This document shows, piece after piece, positions 1 through 8,272 of a stretch of 20,344 bases of DNA. Each line of letters begins with the position of its first letter. Within the stretch, counting starts at the first letter, position 1. The notes under the pieces are model-generated. The model saw only the letters and a program-made list of their open reading frames with translations. It made no database searches and was not told where the DNA came from. The translations under genes were made by a program, and so were the position numbers. The stretch comes from Nitrospinota bacterium (GTDB lineage Bacteria; UBA8248), in the NCBI GenBank assembly GCA_036231405.1, contig JAZAHK010000008.1, positions 1-20,344 of the forward strand. The letters are read 5' to 3'.

Positions 1-1
1 A

Positions 2-292
2 AAAGAAGCATGGATTCCTCCAGTTCTGAAAGCACAGGCACTTGAAGGAATTGGCATTGATATTGTTATTGATAAAATACAACAATATCAAAACTTTATG
101 AATAATAATCTAGAAATAAAATTAAATAAAGAAAAAAAGAAAATAGAAAATATTCTTTTGGAAATATGCAAAGAAGTAGCTGCCGAGAAACTATTTGAAA
201 GTGTAGAAACTCATTTAGATGAAAATGACATAAATTTGATTCTTGATAGAAAAAAAGATCCTTATTCCGTTGGTAGAGATGTGATATTCTAA
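2..292 (+). CDS. meaB: Methylmalonyl-CoA mutase-associated GTPase MeaB/ArgK, C-terminal fragment (5' end outside window)
   Basis: Frame is open from base 2: KEAWIPPVLKAQALEGIGIDIVIDKI...DRKKDPYSV. The W-x-PPVL-x-x-x-A-x-x-G-x-GI and terminal DPYS motifs are typical of MeaB/ArgK C-termini. The 98..292 ORF in the track is only its tail. Confidence 0.75.
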   Translation, partial: KEAWIPPVLKAQALEGIGIDIVIDKIQQYQNFMNNNLEIKLNKEKKKIENILLEICKEVAAEKLFESVETHLDENDINLILDRKKDPYSVGRDVIF

Positions 293-321
293 AATTAAAT
301 TTTTATAAATGGATATGATAA

Positions 322-651
322 TTGGAAAAAGCTGATAATTTCTCCGTCGTTTTCGTAACTGTTCCCACAAAGGAAGAGGGTGAAAGCATTGCGCGCGCTT
401 TAGTAGAAAGAGATCTGGCGGCATGTGTTAATATCATTCCTTCTGTGCAGAGTGTGTATAAATGGGACGGAAAATTGAATATAGATGATGAACTTTTACT
501 TGTCATTAAAGGAAGTTCCAGTGAACTGGAGACCATAGAAAAAAAGGTTCTCCAATTACATAGTTATGACACCCCTGAGGTGATTTCTTTTGCTTTAGAT
601 AAAGGAAACAAGGAATATCTGGATTGGATGAGTAATACGCAAGAAAAATAA
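322..651 (+). CDS. cutA: Divalent-cation tolerance protein CutA
   Basis: 109 aa with VFVTVP, IARALVERDLAACVNI, SVYKWDG, LHSYDTPEVI and YLDW, all CutA motifs. TTG start is uncertain. Confidence 0.95.
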   Translation: MEKADNFSVVFVTVPTKEEGESIARALVERDLAACVNIIPSVQSVYKWDGKLNIDDELLLVIKGSSSELETIEKKVLQLHSYDTPEVISFALDKGNKEYLDWMSNTQEK

Positions 652-681
652 ATAAATTCATATCGTTGTTTTGGAGGAGAC

Positions 682-858
682 ATGATCAAGATTTATAGTA
701 GCGTTATCATCCGCTTCTTAGTTGTCTTTTCGTTTTCAATAATTTTCCACATAAATGTATTTGCCTATGATGCAGAAGATCTGGCGAGATTTAAAAGTTC
801 TCAAACGTGTCCAAGATGCGATTTGAGTAATGCGGACTTGGAAGGTTTTAGAGAATAG
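682..858 (+). pseudogene. Truncated exported pentapeptide-repeat protein (58 aa remnant)
   Basis: GGAGG RBS at 673-677 and ATG at 682. Translation: MIKIYSSVIIRFLVVFSFSIIFHINVFA-YDAEDLARFKSSQTCPRCDLSNADLEGFRE*. This is a signal peptide (VFA), a CxxC cap and two pentapeptides (CDLSN, ADLEG), then TAG at 856-858 inside the 3' end of the convergent glnA. Confidence 0.65.
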
Positions 859-2194
859 TGAGATAATTATCTAGCTCAAAATCCGTTACCTGCCTTCTTG
901 ATCGCTCCCATTCAAGCTTTTTATTGCCTATAATCTTGGAGTGCAGTTCTTCTCCGAAAGTTTTCTTCATAAGTTCGCTATCTTCAGCTAGTTTGATTGC
1001 CTCGTTCAAATCAGAGGGCAGGGTGGCTATCCCTCTTGATCCACGATCTTCATCAGTTAGTTCGTGTACGTTTTCTTCCACAGCATCTACCGGATCATAA
1101 TTCTTTTCAATACCTTCAAGACCTGCAGCTAACATACATGCAAAGGAAAGATAAGGGTTACATGCGGAGTCAGGAGAACGAATTTCAATTCTGGTATCAG
1201 AATCTCTTCCTTTTCGTATGCTGGGGATTCGTATTAGGTCACTTCTGTTTTTATGAGCCCAAGAAACATAGATTGGGGCCTCAAAGCCAGGAACCAGTCT
1301 CTTATAACTATTCAACCATTGATTAAAAATTAACGTCATTTCGGGAGTATGTTTTAGCAATCCAGCAATAAAAGATTGGCAAACATCTGATAGTCCATCT
1401 TTTTTGTTTTCATCGAAGAAAATATTCTGTGAACCCTTGAAAAGAGATAGATGGGTATGCATTCCATTGCCGTTAGAATCACTTAGGGGTTTTGGCATAA
1501 AAGTTGCGTAAACGTTATGTCTTAATCCAACTTCTTTCACAACAAGACGATAAGTCATTGCATTGTCTGCCATGGCAAGAGCATCGCTGTATCTGAGATC
1601 GATTTCGTGCTGACTTGGACCCACTTCATGGTGACTGTATTCCACTCCTATTCCCATTTTCTCAAGAGTAATAACCGTCTCTCTCCGAATATCACTAGCG
1701 ACATCAAGAGGGGTAAGATCAAAGTATCCACCTTTATCAAGTGGTTCTAATGGCAATTCAGAAGATTTAAAATAGTAATGTTCGAATTCCATACCAGTAT
1801 AAAATGTGTAGCCTTTTTCGTTTGCCTTCTGAAGAGTTTTCCGAAGAACGTTTCTAGGATCTCCGTCGTAAGAGGTGCCATCCGGTAATCTGATGTCGCA
1901 GAACATCCTCGCTACTGTCCCACCATCTTTTGGGCGCCAAGGTAGTACACAGAAAGTCGTGGGATCTGGATGTGCGAACATGTCGCTTTCTTCAATACGA
2001 CTAAATCCTTCGATGGATGAACCGTCAAAAAGATGTCCATCATATAGCGCAGTTTCAAGTTCTTCTTTTGTGATAGCAAAACTTTTAAGAAAACCGAGAA
2101 TGTCCGTAAACCACAAACGTATAAATCTTACCTCCAATTCCCTGGCTTGTTTAAGAACAAATTCTCTATCTAGATTAGCATCTTTATTGTTCAC
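848..2194 (-). CDS. glnA: Glutamine synthetase type I (alpha-like)
   Basis: Motifs IRLWFTDILG, FDGSSIEGF, HHEVGPSQHEI, ATFMPKP, NGNGMHTHLS, NSYKRLVPGFEAP, IEIRSPDSACNPYL. Start moved to GTG 2194 because GGGAG lies 5 nt upstream (2204-2200); the track uses 2206. Confidence 0.95.
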   Translation of the reverse strand: MNNKDANLDREFVLKQARELEVRFIRLWFTDILGFLKSFAITKEELETALYDGHLFDGSSIEGFSRIEESDMFAHPDPTTFCVLPWRPKDGGTVARMFCDIRLPDGTSYDGDPRNVLRKTLQKANEKGYTFYTGMEFEHYYFKSSELPLEPLDKGGYFDLTPLDVASDIRRETVITLEKMGIGVEYSHHEVGPSQHEIDLRYSDALAMADNAMTYRLVVKEVGLRHNVYATFMPKPLSDSNGNGMHTHLSLFKGSQNIFFDENKKDGLSDVCQSFIAGLLKHTPEMTLIFNQWLNSYKRLVPGFEAPIYVSWAHKNRSDLIRIPSIRKGRDSDTRIEIRSPDSACNPYLSFACMLAAGLEGIEKNYDPVDAVEENVHELTDEDRGSRGIATLPSDLNEAIKLAEDSELMKKTFGEELHSKIIGNKKLEWERSRRQVTDFELDNYLTIL

Positions 2195-2237
2195 AGTTGC
2201 TCCCACTTTTATTTTAGGTATTTAATCTCAGAAGGTT

Positions 2238-2909
2238 TTATCCCTCTTCATCTTTTATAAATTTATACCCAACATTTCTGATGGTTTTAATATAATTTTT
2301 TCCTTTTGCCTCTATCTTCGAACGTATCCTTCTCACATGCACATCGACAGTCCTAGGACCACCAAAATAATCAAATCCCCATACCAGATTCAAAAGTTGT
2401 TCTCTATCGAATACTCTTTCGGGATTTTGAATCAAATGTTTTAAAAGTTCAAATTCTCGGAAAGTTAAATCAACAATTTCTCCATCTAATCTAATCTCAT
2501 ATCGGTCTTCATCTACCGTCAACCCTTCATTATTATAACCATTTTCTATGGGATTGTTCAGTTCGTGGTCTTTTTGTATACAAAGATTTTTGACACGTAG
2601 GATTAATTCCTCTTCACGGATAGGTTTTGTAATAATATCATCGGGCTCAAAAGGAGTTCCTATATTGGAGAGACGTCCAGTTTCAGATAAAAGAAGGATT
2701 GGAAGTGTAGTCCATTTTCTGATTTCAGAAACTTTAGGCAGAGCAGGAGCGTCATCAAGAAGAACAAGAGAAAGGCCGTGAGTTTTAATGCCAGAAAGAG
2801 CAGATTCCTCTTCCACCACTGTGCTGCAAAAATGACCTTCTCTGCGTAATGCTCTTTCTAGAGCATCTCCGAGTGATTCATCTGCAGTGTAAATTAATAA
2901 TTTTGCCAT
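2238..2909 (-). CDS. OmpR/PhoB-family response regulator with atypical receiver, GlnR-like
   Basis: C-terminal winged helix LTFREFELL...VWGFDYFGGPRTVDVHVRRIRSKI...TIRNVGY. The receiver keeps LLD and KP but has YTADE where the acidic pocket (VEDD) normally sits. Lies directly upstream of glnA; no kinase in the window. Confidence 0.88.
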   Translation of the reverse strand: MAKLLIYTADESLGDALERALRREGHFCSTVVEEESALSGIKTHGLSLVLLDDAPALPKVSEIRKWTTLPILLLSETGRLSNIGTPFEPDDIITKPIREEELILRVKNLCIQKDHELNNPIENGYNNEGLTVDEDRYEIRLDGEIVDLTFREFELLKHLIQNPERVFDREQLLNLVWGFDYFGGPRTVDVHVRRIRSKIEAKGKNYIKTIRNVGYKFIKDEEG

Positions 2910-2925
2910 GATTTGTTATCTTTTT

Positions 2926-4188
2926 TTAAATTTGTGCAATTTTATTTGTCATCACTATAAGACTATCAAGATTGTGTGCTGACATAAATTCATCACAGTA
3001 GGGTAGAGCAGTTCTCATGCCGCGGTCAATTGGTCTATATCCTGGACTGCCAAGAAGTGGGTTAAGCCAAATTAATTTATGACATTTTTTTCTCAGACGA
3101 TCCATCTCTTCTGACAGCAGATCTGTATCGCCTCGGTCCCAACCGTCTGAAATAATGATGGCAATTGTTCTGCTATTTAAAATTGTTCGACCATATTCAA
3201 AATTAAATGTTTTAAGACAGTTTCCTATTTGTGTTCCGCCGCTCCAGTCATGTACTTCAAGAGCAAGACGTTTTAAAGCTTGATTCACATCCTTATGTCG
3301 AAGATAAGGGGTTGCATCTGATAGTCTTGTGCTAAAAACAAAAGTTCTCAAAGACTTTATTTCACTTTGTAAACTATACAAAAATTGAATAAGAAATTGA
3401 CTGTAACTATCCATAGAACCTGAAACATCACAAATTAAAATGATTTGTGTTTTTTGGACTTTTCTTTTTTTTCGATACAATTGCAAGACTTCACCACCTG
3501 TTCGTACACTTTTCTTTACACTTCTTCTCATGTCAACTTCACTTGCTCTCATATCAGGTTTTCTGCGTCTGCTTATTTTTGTAGCAAGCTTTGGGATCAA
3601 TTGTGCGATGAGTCTTCTAAGTTGTGCGATTTGATTTATTTCGAGTGATGAGAAATCTTTATTGGATAATGTTTCTGAAGGGCTATAGGATGCAATGCCA
3701 TCATCTTCTTCCCCAGCCTCTCCAGGTTCTCCTCCTTCTTCGGAGTCATCTTCTTGTGGGAGTCCTGGGTTTTCGTTGCTTTGACCCTCAGCTTCTGCGT
3801 CGCCTTCTTCTCCTTGACTGGAACCTTCACCAGAATCTCCTTCTCCTTCATCTTCAAACTGTGAATCAACTTCAGCAGATTCTGCATCTGAGTTTGAGTT
3901 TCCTTTTTCGTCAAACCAGTACTGTCGAAAAATTGCCTCAAAAATTGCAGATTCATCTTGGCTGGCAATGAGATTTGATTTGCTTGCAATGTAGACATCT
4001 TCTATGCTGGTTATGTCAAGATTATCTAAGCTTCTGAATAGATCTATGATGTGACCGGAAGTTATTTTCATGCCACTTCTTCGTAGGACTCTACAGAATC
4101 CTACTACCTCACCTCGAAAACCTTTTCCGGGAATTCGTATTCGTCTTTTTTTTAGTGAACCTGTAATAACTGGTTTTATTACGGGCAT
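2926..4188 (-). CDS. vWA-domain CoxE-like protein
   Basis: MIDAS motif ICDVSGSM, plus FVFSTRL, WSGGTQIG, IISDGWDRGD and IWLNPL. Long Asp/Glu/Gly linker. Follows a MoxR ATPase. Confidence 0.9.
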   Translation of the reverse strand: MPVIKPVITGSLKKRRIRIPGKGFRGEVVGFCRVLRRSGMKITSGHIIDLFRSLDNLDITSIEDVYIASKSNLIASQDESAIFEAIFRQYWFDEKGNSNSDAESAEVDSQFEDEGEGDSGEGSSQGEEGDAEAEGQSNENPGLPQEDDSEEGGEPGEAGEEDDGIASYSPSETLSNKDFSSLEINQIAQLRRLIAQLIPKLATKISRRRKPDMRASEVDMRRSVKKSVRTGGEVLQLYRKKRKVQKTQIILICDVSGSMDSYSQFLIQFLYSLQSEIKSLRTFVFSTRLSDATPYLRHKDVNQALKRLALEVHDWSGGTQIGNCLKTFNFEYGRTILNSRTIAIIISDGWDRGDTDLLSEEMDRLRKKCHKLIWLNPLLGSPGYRPIDRGMRTALPYCDEFMSAHNLDSLIVMTNKIAQI

Positions 4189-4191
4189 AAA

Positions 4192-5154
4192 TTAACTATC
4201 TGATGAAGATTGAGATAACGATACCATTCTCTCTAGACCGCCTTCTTCTTCATTGATACGTTTGATGTCATCTTGATATTTGAGTATACATCCGATTGTT
4301 TCTGTAACGGCTATTTCATCTAATTGTGTTTTTTCTAATGCTAGTAGAGCTTGTGCCCAGTCTAAAGTTTCTGCAACACCGGGTCTTTTATAAAAATCCA
4401 TTTGACGGGCCTGTCCCATGAATCTCGTGATTTGTTCAGCTAAACTAGTAGATATTTCAGGTACTTTTGTGGAAATAATTTCTACTTCTTTATCAAAAGA
4501 TGGATAGTCTACCCAAAGATATAAACATCTTCTTTTTAAGGCGTCATGAATTTCGCGTGTTCTATTACTTGTTAAAATGACGAGAGGTTTGTTTTCTGCT
4601 TTTATAGTTCCCATCTCTGGAATCGTTATCTGAAAATCAGATAGAATCTCTAGTAAAAAGGCTTCGAACTCTTCATCGGATCTGTCTATTTCGTCTATAA
4701 GAAGCACGACCGGTTTTTCTTTAGATTTAATTAAAGCTCTTAGAAGAGGGCGTTCTATCAAATAATCTTGACTGAAGATGTCTCTTTCTACTTTTTGTGA
4801 GGAAGAGTTCTCCTGTCCTTCTTCCATTTTTATATGAAGCAATTGTTTTGCATAATTCCATTCATAGAGAGCAGAATTTGAATCTAGCCCTTCATAACAT
4901 TGTAGGCGAATGAGTTCTGTGTCTAATGAGGCAGCGAGTACTTTCGCAAGTTCGGTTTTTCCAACCCCAGCCTCTCCTTCTAAGAAAAGAGGTTTTTGGA
5001 GTTGTGAAGACAAAAAAAGTGTAGTGGATAAAGTTTTATCTGCTATATAGTCAAGTTTTTTGAGAGAATGTTCTACGGATTGAACGTTTGGAAAATTTGA
5101 AGTTTTCTTCTTTTTTCTTTTTATTCCCTTAGTTGAATTTGTAGTCAAGTTCAT
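4192..5154 (-). CDS. MoxR-family AAA+ ATPase, CoxD-like
   Basis: Walker A GEAGVGKT, IRLQCYEGLD, Walker B LLIDEIDR, TSNRTREIHDALKRRC, PGVAETLDWA. Confidence 0.93.
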   Translation of the reverse strand: MNLTTNSTKGIKRKKKKTSNFPNVQSVEHSLKKLDYIADKTLSTTLFLSSQLQKPLFLEGEAGVGKTELAKVLAASLDTELIRLQCYEGLDSNSALYEWNYAKQLLHIKMEEGQENSSSQKVERDIFSQDYLIERPLLRALIKSKEKPVVLLIDEIDRSDEEFEAFLLEILSDFQITIPEMGTIKAENKPLVILTSNRTREIHDALKRRCLYLWVDYPSFDKEVEIISTKVPEISTSLAEQITRFMGQARQMDFYKRPGVAETLDWAQALLALEKTQLDEIAVTETIGCILKYQDDIKRINEEEGGLERMVSLSQSSSDS

Positions 5155-5711
5155 TTGCCCTTCTTTGATGGTTTTCTTTTAGATGCAGCCTCAATCGCAT
5201 CTATGATTTTTACGTATCCTGTACAACGGCATAGGTTTCCTGCAATTCCTGCCTTGATTTCGTCTCTTGTTGGTTTGGGGTTTTTGTCTAGTAACTCTTT
5301 CGCAGAAACAATCATTCCAGGGGTGCAGAAACCGCACTGGATGGCACCATGTTCTATGAATTTTTCCTGAATTGGATGAAGATTGTCTATAGTGCCAATT
5401 CCTTTTACAGTCTCTATTTCTCTTCTATCAGCTTGCACACCTAAAATACAACAAGCATTTGCAGCAACGTTATCAAGAAGAATTGTGCATGCACCGCAGT
5501 CGCCTGCTTCACAACCATTTTTCACTTCTGTAAAACCAAGATCTCGAAGTAGATAAAGTAGGCTAGTATGTGCAAATGTTTCTGTTTCTACTTTTTCCCC
5601 GTTCACATTGAAAGAAATTGGATATTTCTTAGGTAGTCTGAACTTAGTTGCCTTTGATTTCTTGTTTTTAGAAGATGCCGAGGACTTTGTCCTTTTTGCG
5701 GTTGTTGGCAT
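5151..5711 (-). CDS. [2Fe-2S] small subunit of a xanthine dehydrogenase/CO dehydrogenase-family molybdoenzyme (CoxS/CutS-like)
   Basis: GCEAGDCGACT...C and QCGFCTPG...GNLCRCTGY iron-sulfur motifs. Confidence 0.95.
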   Translation of the reverse strand: MPTTAKRTKSSASSKNKKSKATKFRLPKKYPISFNVNGEKVETETFAHTSLLYLLRDLGFTEVKNGCEAGDCGACTILLDNVAANACCILGVQADRREIETVKGIGTIDNLHPIQEKFIEHGAIQCGFCTPGMIVSAKELLDKNPKPTRDEIKAGIAGNLCRCTGYVKIIDAIEAASKRKPSKKGK

Positions 5712-5759
5712 TCTTTGATCTCCTTGTAACTAAAAAATATTTTTCACAGTTTCTAAAAG

Positions 5760-6626
5760 TTATTTTTCCATTTTAATTTTGAGTGCTTGACATAGAAGTC
5801 TTCTTGGCAGCACTTCACACATTAATTTTCTATATTTTGCAGAAGCTCTGATATCGTCTATAGGGCTTGAAATTTCCATACATAATTCAGAAGCTTCTTG
5901 TACTATATTTAAGTCTGCTTTCTCTCCCTCTAGCAATTTTTCGGCATCATAACATCTGATTGGAGACTCATTCACAGAACCTAGTGAAATTGACGCTTTT
6001 TTAATCGTCTTCCCGCTTGTTTCTAGAATGACGGCGACACCTACTACGGTAATCGCCATAGCATTTCTTCTTGCTAATTTATAGTATCCCCATTTGTGAT
6101 TTTTAGGAGGTGTTGGAAAGGAGATCCGAGTTATTAATTCACCACTCTTAATAGCAGTTTTTCTATAACCCAATAAAAATTTATCGAGAGGAACAGTTCT
6201 TTTCCCTCTTGGTCCCGCTAAATTTACTATGGCTCTTAATGCAAGAAGTGGTGGTATTGCGTCTGCAGCGGGTCCACCATCTACAATATTCCCTGCGATG
6301 GTAGCGCGGTTCCTAATCATAGGCCCAGCAAACTTTTTGGCCATTGCTGCCAAAATTGGAACGTTTTTATTTAAATCTTTATTTTCAATTAAGTCTGTGA
6401 TGGTAGTAAGTGCACCTAAACTCGTAGTTTTTTTAGAAACGGTTACTCCTCGTAAGGCATTTACCCTCATTAAGTCAATCACAAGATCAGCGGGTCCATC
6501 ATGTTGATGGCGTAACTCTGGAAGAAAATTTGTACCACCAGCAATGTATTTTACTTTTTTTGATTTTTTCGCAGTACTTAAAACTTCGTTTATTGTTTTT
6601 GGGGCTACAAAATCAAAACCCTTCAT
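5760..6626 (-). CDS. FAD-binding medium subunit of a xanthine dehydrogenase/CO dehydrogenase-family enzyme (CoxM/CutM-like)
   Basis: IAGGTN, IRNRATIAGNI, PAAD, SPIDDIRASAKYR. Start set to ATG 6626 (MKGFDFVAPK) with GAGGAG at 6642-6637; the track uses 6659. Confidence 0.93.
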   Translation of the reverse strand: MKGFDFVAPKTINEVLSTAKKSKKVKYIAGGTNFLPELRHQHDGPADLVIDLMRVNALRGVTVSKKTTSLGALTTITDLIENKDLNKNVPILAAMAKKFAGPMIRNRATIAGNIVDGGPAADAIPPLLALRAIVNLAGPRGKRTVPLDKFLLGYRKTAIKSGELITRISFPTPPKNHKWGYYKLARRNAMAITVVGVAVILETSGKTIKKASISLGSVNESPIRCYDAEKLLEGEKADLNIVQEASELCMEISSPIDDIRASAKYRKLMCEVLPRRLLCQALKIKMEK

Positions 6627-6731
6627 CGCCAGTTTTCTCCTCGTTATGAAATAAGTCAAGATTCTAGGCTATATACAATAAAATAGCCTGCATCAAAATG
6701 TATATTTACAATGGCATGAAACAGACCAAGA

Positions 6732-6760
6732 ACATTATCAATACGAATTGTGATCGTCAA
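6732..6760 (-). promoter_or_regulatory. Candidate sigma70 promoter for the coxM-like to glnA run
   Basis: Minus strand TTGACG (6760-6755), 17 nt spacer, TAATGT (6737-6732), in the divergent intergenic region about 100 nt upstream of the coxM-like start. Confidence 0.4.
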
Positions 6761-6844
6761 GTCGTGACACACTTGCAGTTTGGTTTAAATAAGTCAAATA
6801 TTAGTAACTTAATATTTAATCGAAAATAGCTAGGATATCGTAAT

Positions 6845-8239
6845 TTGAAAGATTCGGCACAACTATTAAAAAGAAAACGACTTGCCCTTGTCAGTCTTGG
6901 TTGTAAATTAAATCATGCTGAAGGGGAGGCTATGCGTCATAAGTGTTCTCAGGCTGGTTTTGATTTGGTCCCGTTTAATGAAGAGGCAGACATATATGTT
7001 GTAAATTCATGTACCGTGACTTCTGAAGCAGACAGAGAAACTAAGAAACTTGCCAGAAGGGCTAGGAGAATGGGTAAAAAACGTGCGTCAGTAGTTATTG
7101 CAGGGTGTTCTCCTCAAGCAAATGTAAAGGCAATGTCTATACCTGAAGTTGATTTACTTCTTGGAAATACAGAAAAATTAGATCTCCCTAATCAATTATC
7201 TCGTGAATTTAGTTCGAATTCTTTTCCTGAGATATGCGTTGGAGAGATTCCGAAGGAGATGAAAGCTGAGGATTCTTCATTCCCTTATTTTGACAGTCAA
7301 ACTAGAGCGTTTATGAAAGTTCAGGATGGGTGTGATTTTTCTTGTTCATTTTGTGCCACGACTATTGCTCGTGGTCCAAGTCGTTCCCTTAGTTTGGAGA
7401 ATTGTTTAGATAATGCAAAGCAATTTGCTTCTAATGGCCATAGAGAAATAGTACTTACAGGGATTCATTTAGGCGCGTATGGAAAAGATTTTAGACCTAG
7501 ATTAAGCTTAAGTAAGCTTTCTGAGGCGCTATTAGATTTGGATGATCTTGTAAGGATTCGTTTTTCTTCAGTAGAACCAGGGGAAGTGACGCGTGAATTA
7601 GTTAAAGTGGTTGCTAGGAATACGTTTCAAAAAAAAGAGGGAAAATTTTATCCTTATTTTTGTAGACATTTTCATATCCCTGTTCAAAGTGGAGATGATT
7701 TTGTTTTGAAATCTATGAAACGGAATTATAAAATAGATAGATGTACGAGAAGGTTTCATGAAATCTCTTCTTCTATCCGTGGAGTGTGTCTTGGTGGTGA
7801 TTTTATTGTAGGGTTCCCTGAAGAAACTCGTTCTGCTTTTAATAAAACTTTAGATTGGGTAAGGGAAAGCCCAATTTCCTATCTTCACGTTTTCCCATAT
7901 TCTGAGAGGAAAGGGACAGATTCTTCTCTGATCAATTTTGCCGTAGATCCTAAGGAGAAAAAAAGAAGAGCAGATGAACTCCGAGTTCTTGGACAGAGGA
8001 AATGGTCCGCATTTGTTGCCTCACAAATAGGAACAGAGGCAGAAGTGTTGTTTGAATCAAGAAACAAAGAAGGATTGCTTTCAGGACTGACCGATAATTA
8101 CATTAGAGTAGTTTGTGATGCTCGAGACTCTTTGATTGGGCAGCATGTAAAAGCGCAACTTGAACCTATGCCAACTCGATTTTCTTCCGTTCATGGAAAA
8201 TTTCGTTCCGATTACCTTTGGGCTAGATTAAAAGATTAG
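6845..8239 (+). CDS. mtaB: tRNA t6A37 methylthiotransferase MtaB (radical SAM)
   Basis: UPF0004 domain SLGCKLN...VNSCTVT...AGC; radical SAM motif CDFSCSFC; EIVLTGIHLGAYG; HVFPYSERKGT; GLTDNY TRAM-like end. Confidence 0.9.
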   Translation: MKDSAQLLKRKRLALVSLGCKLNHAEGEAMRHKCSQAGFDLVPFNEEADIYVVNSCTVTSEADRETKKLARRARRMGKKRASVVIAGCSPQANVKAMSIPEVDLLLGNTEKLDLPNQLSREFSSNSFPEICVGEIPKEMKAEDSSFPYFDSQTRAFMKVQDGCDFSCSFCATTIARGPSRSLSLENCLDNAKQFASNGHREIVLTGIHLGAYGKDFRPRLSLSKLSEALLDLDDLVRIRFSSVEPGEVTRELVKVVARNTFQKKEGKFYPYFCRHFHIPVQSGDDFVLKSMKRNYKIDRCTRRFHEISSSIRGVCLGGDFIVGFPEETRSAFNKTLDWVRESPISYLHVFPYSERKGTDSSLINFAVDPKEKKRRADELRVLGQRKWSAFVASQIGTEAEVLFESRNKEGLLSGLTDNYIRVVCDARDSLIGQHVKAQLEPMPTRFSSVHGKFRSDYLWARLKD

Positions 8240-8272
8240 AAGATTTTTGTTTTTACATATTTGGAGATGAAA

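Noticed and set aside
3636-3998. Alternative-frame ORFs over the vWA acidic linker (3624..3971 + and 3636..3998 -)
   Set aside because: Shadow ORFs caused by low-complexity GAA/GAT-rich coding sequence.
2926-6626. Aerobic CO dehydrogenase operon
   Set aside because: No coxL in the window, so the substrate cannot be assigned.
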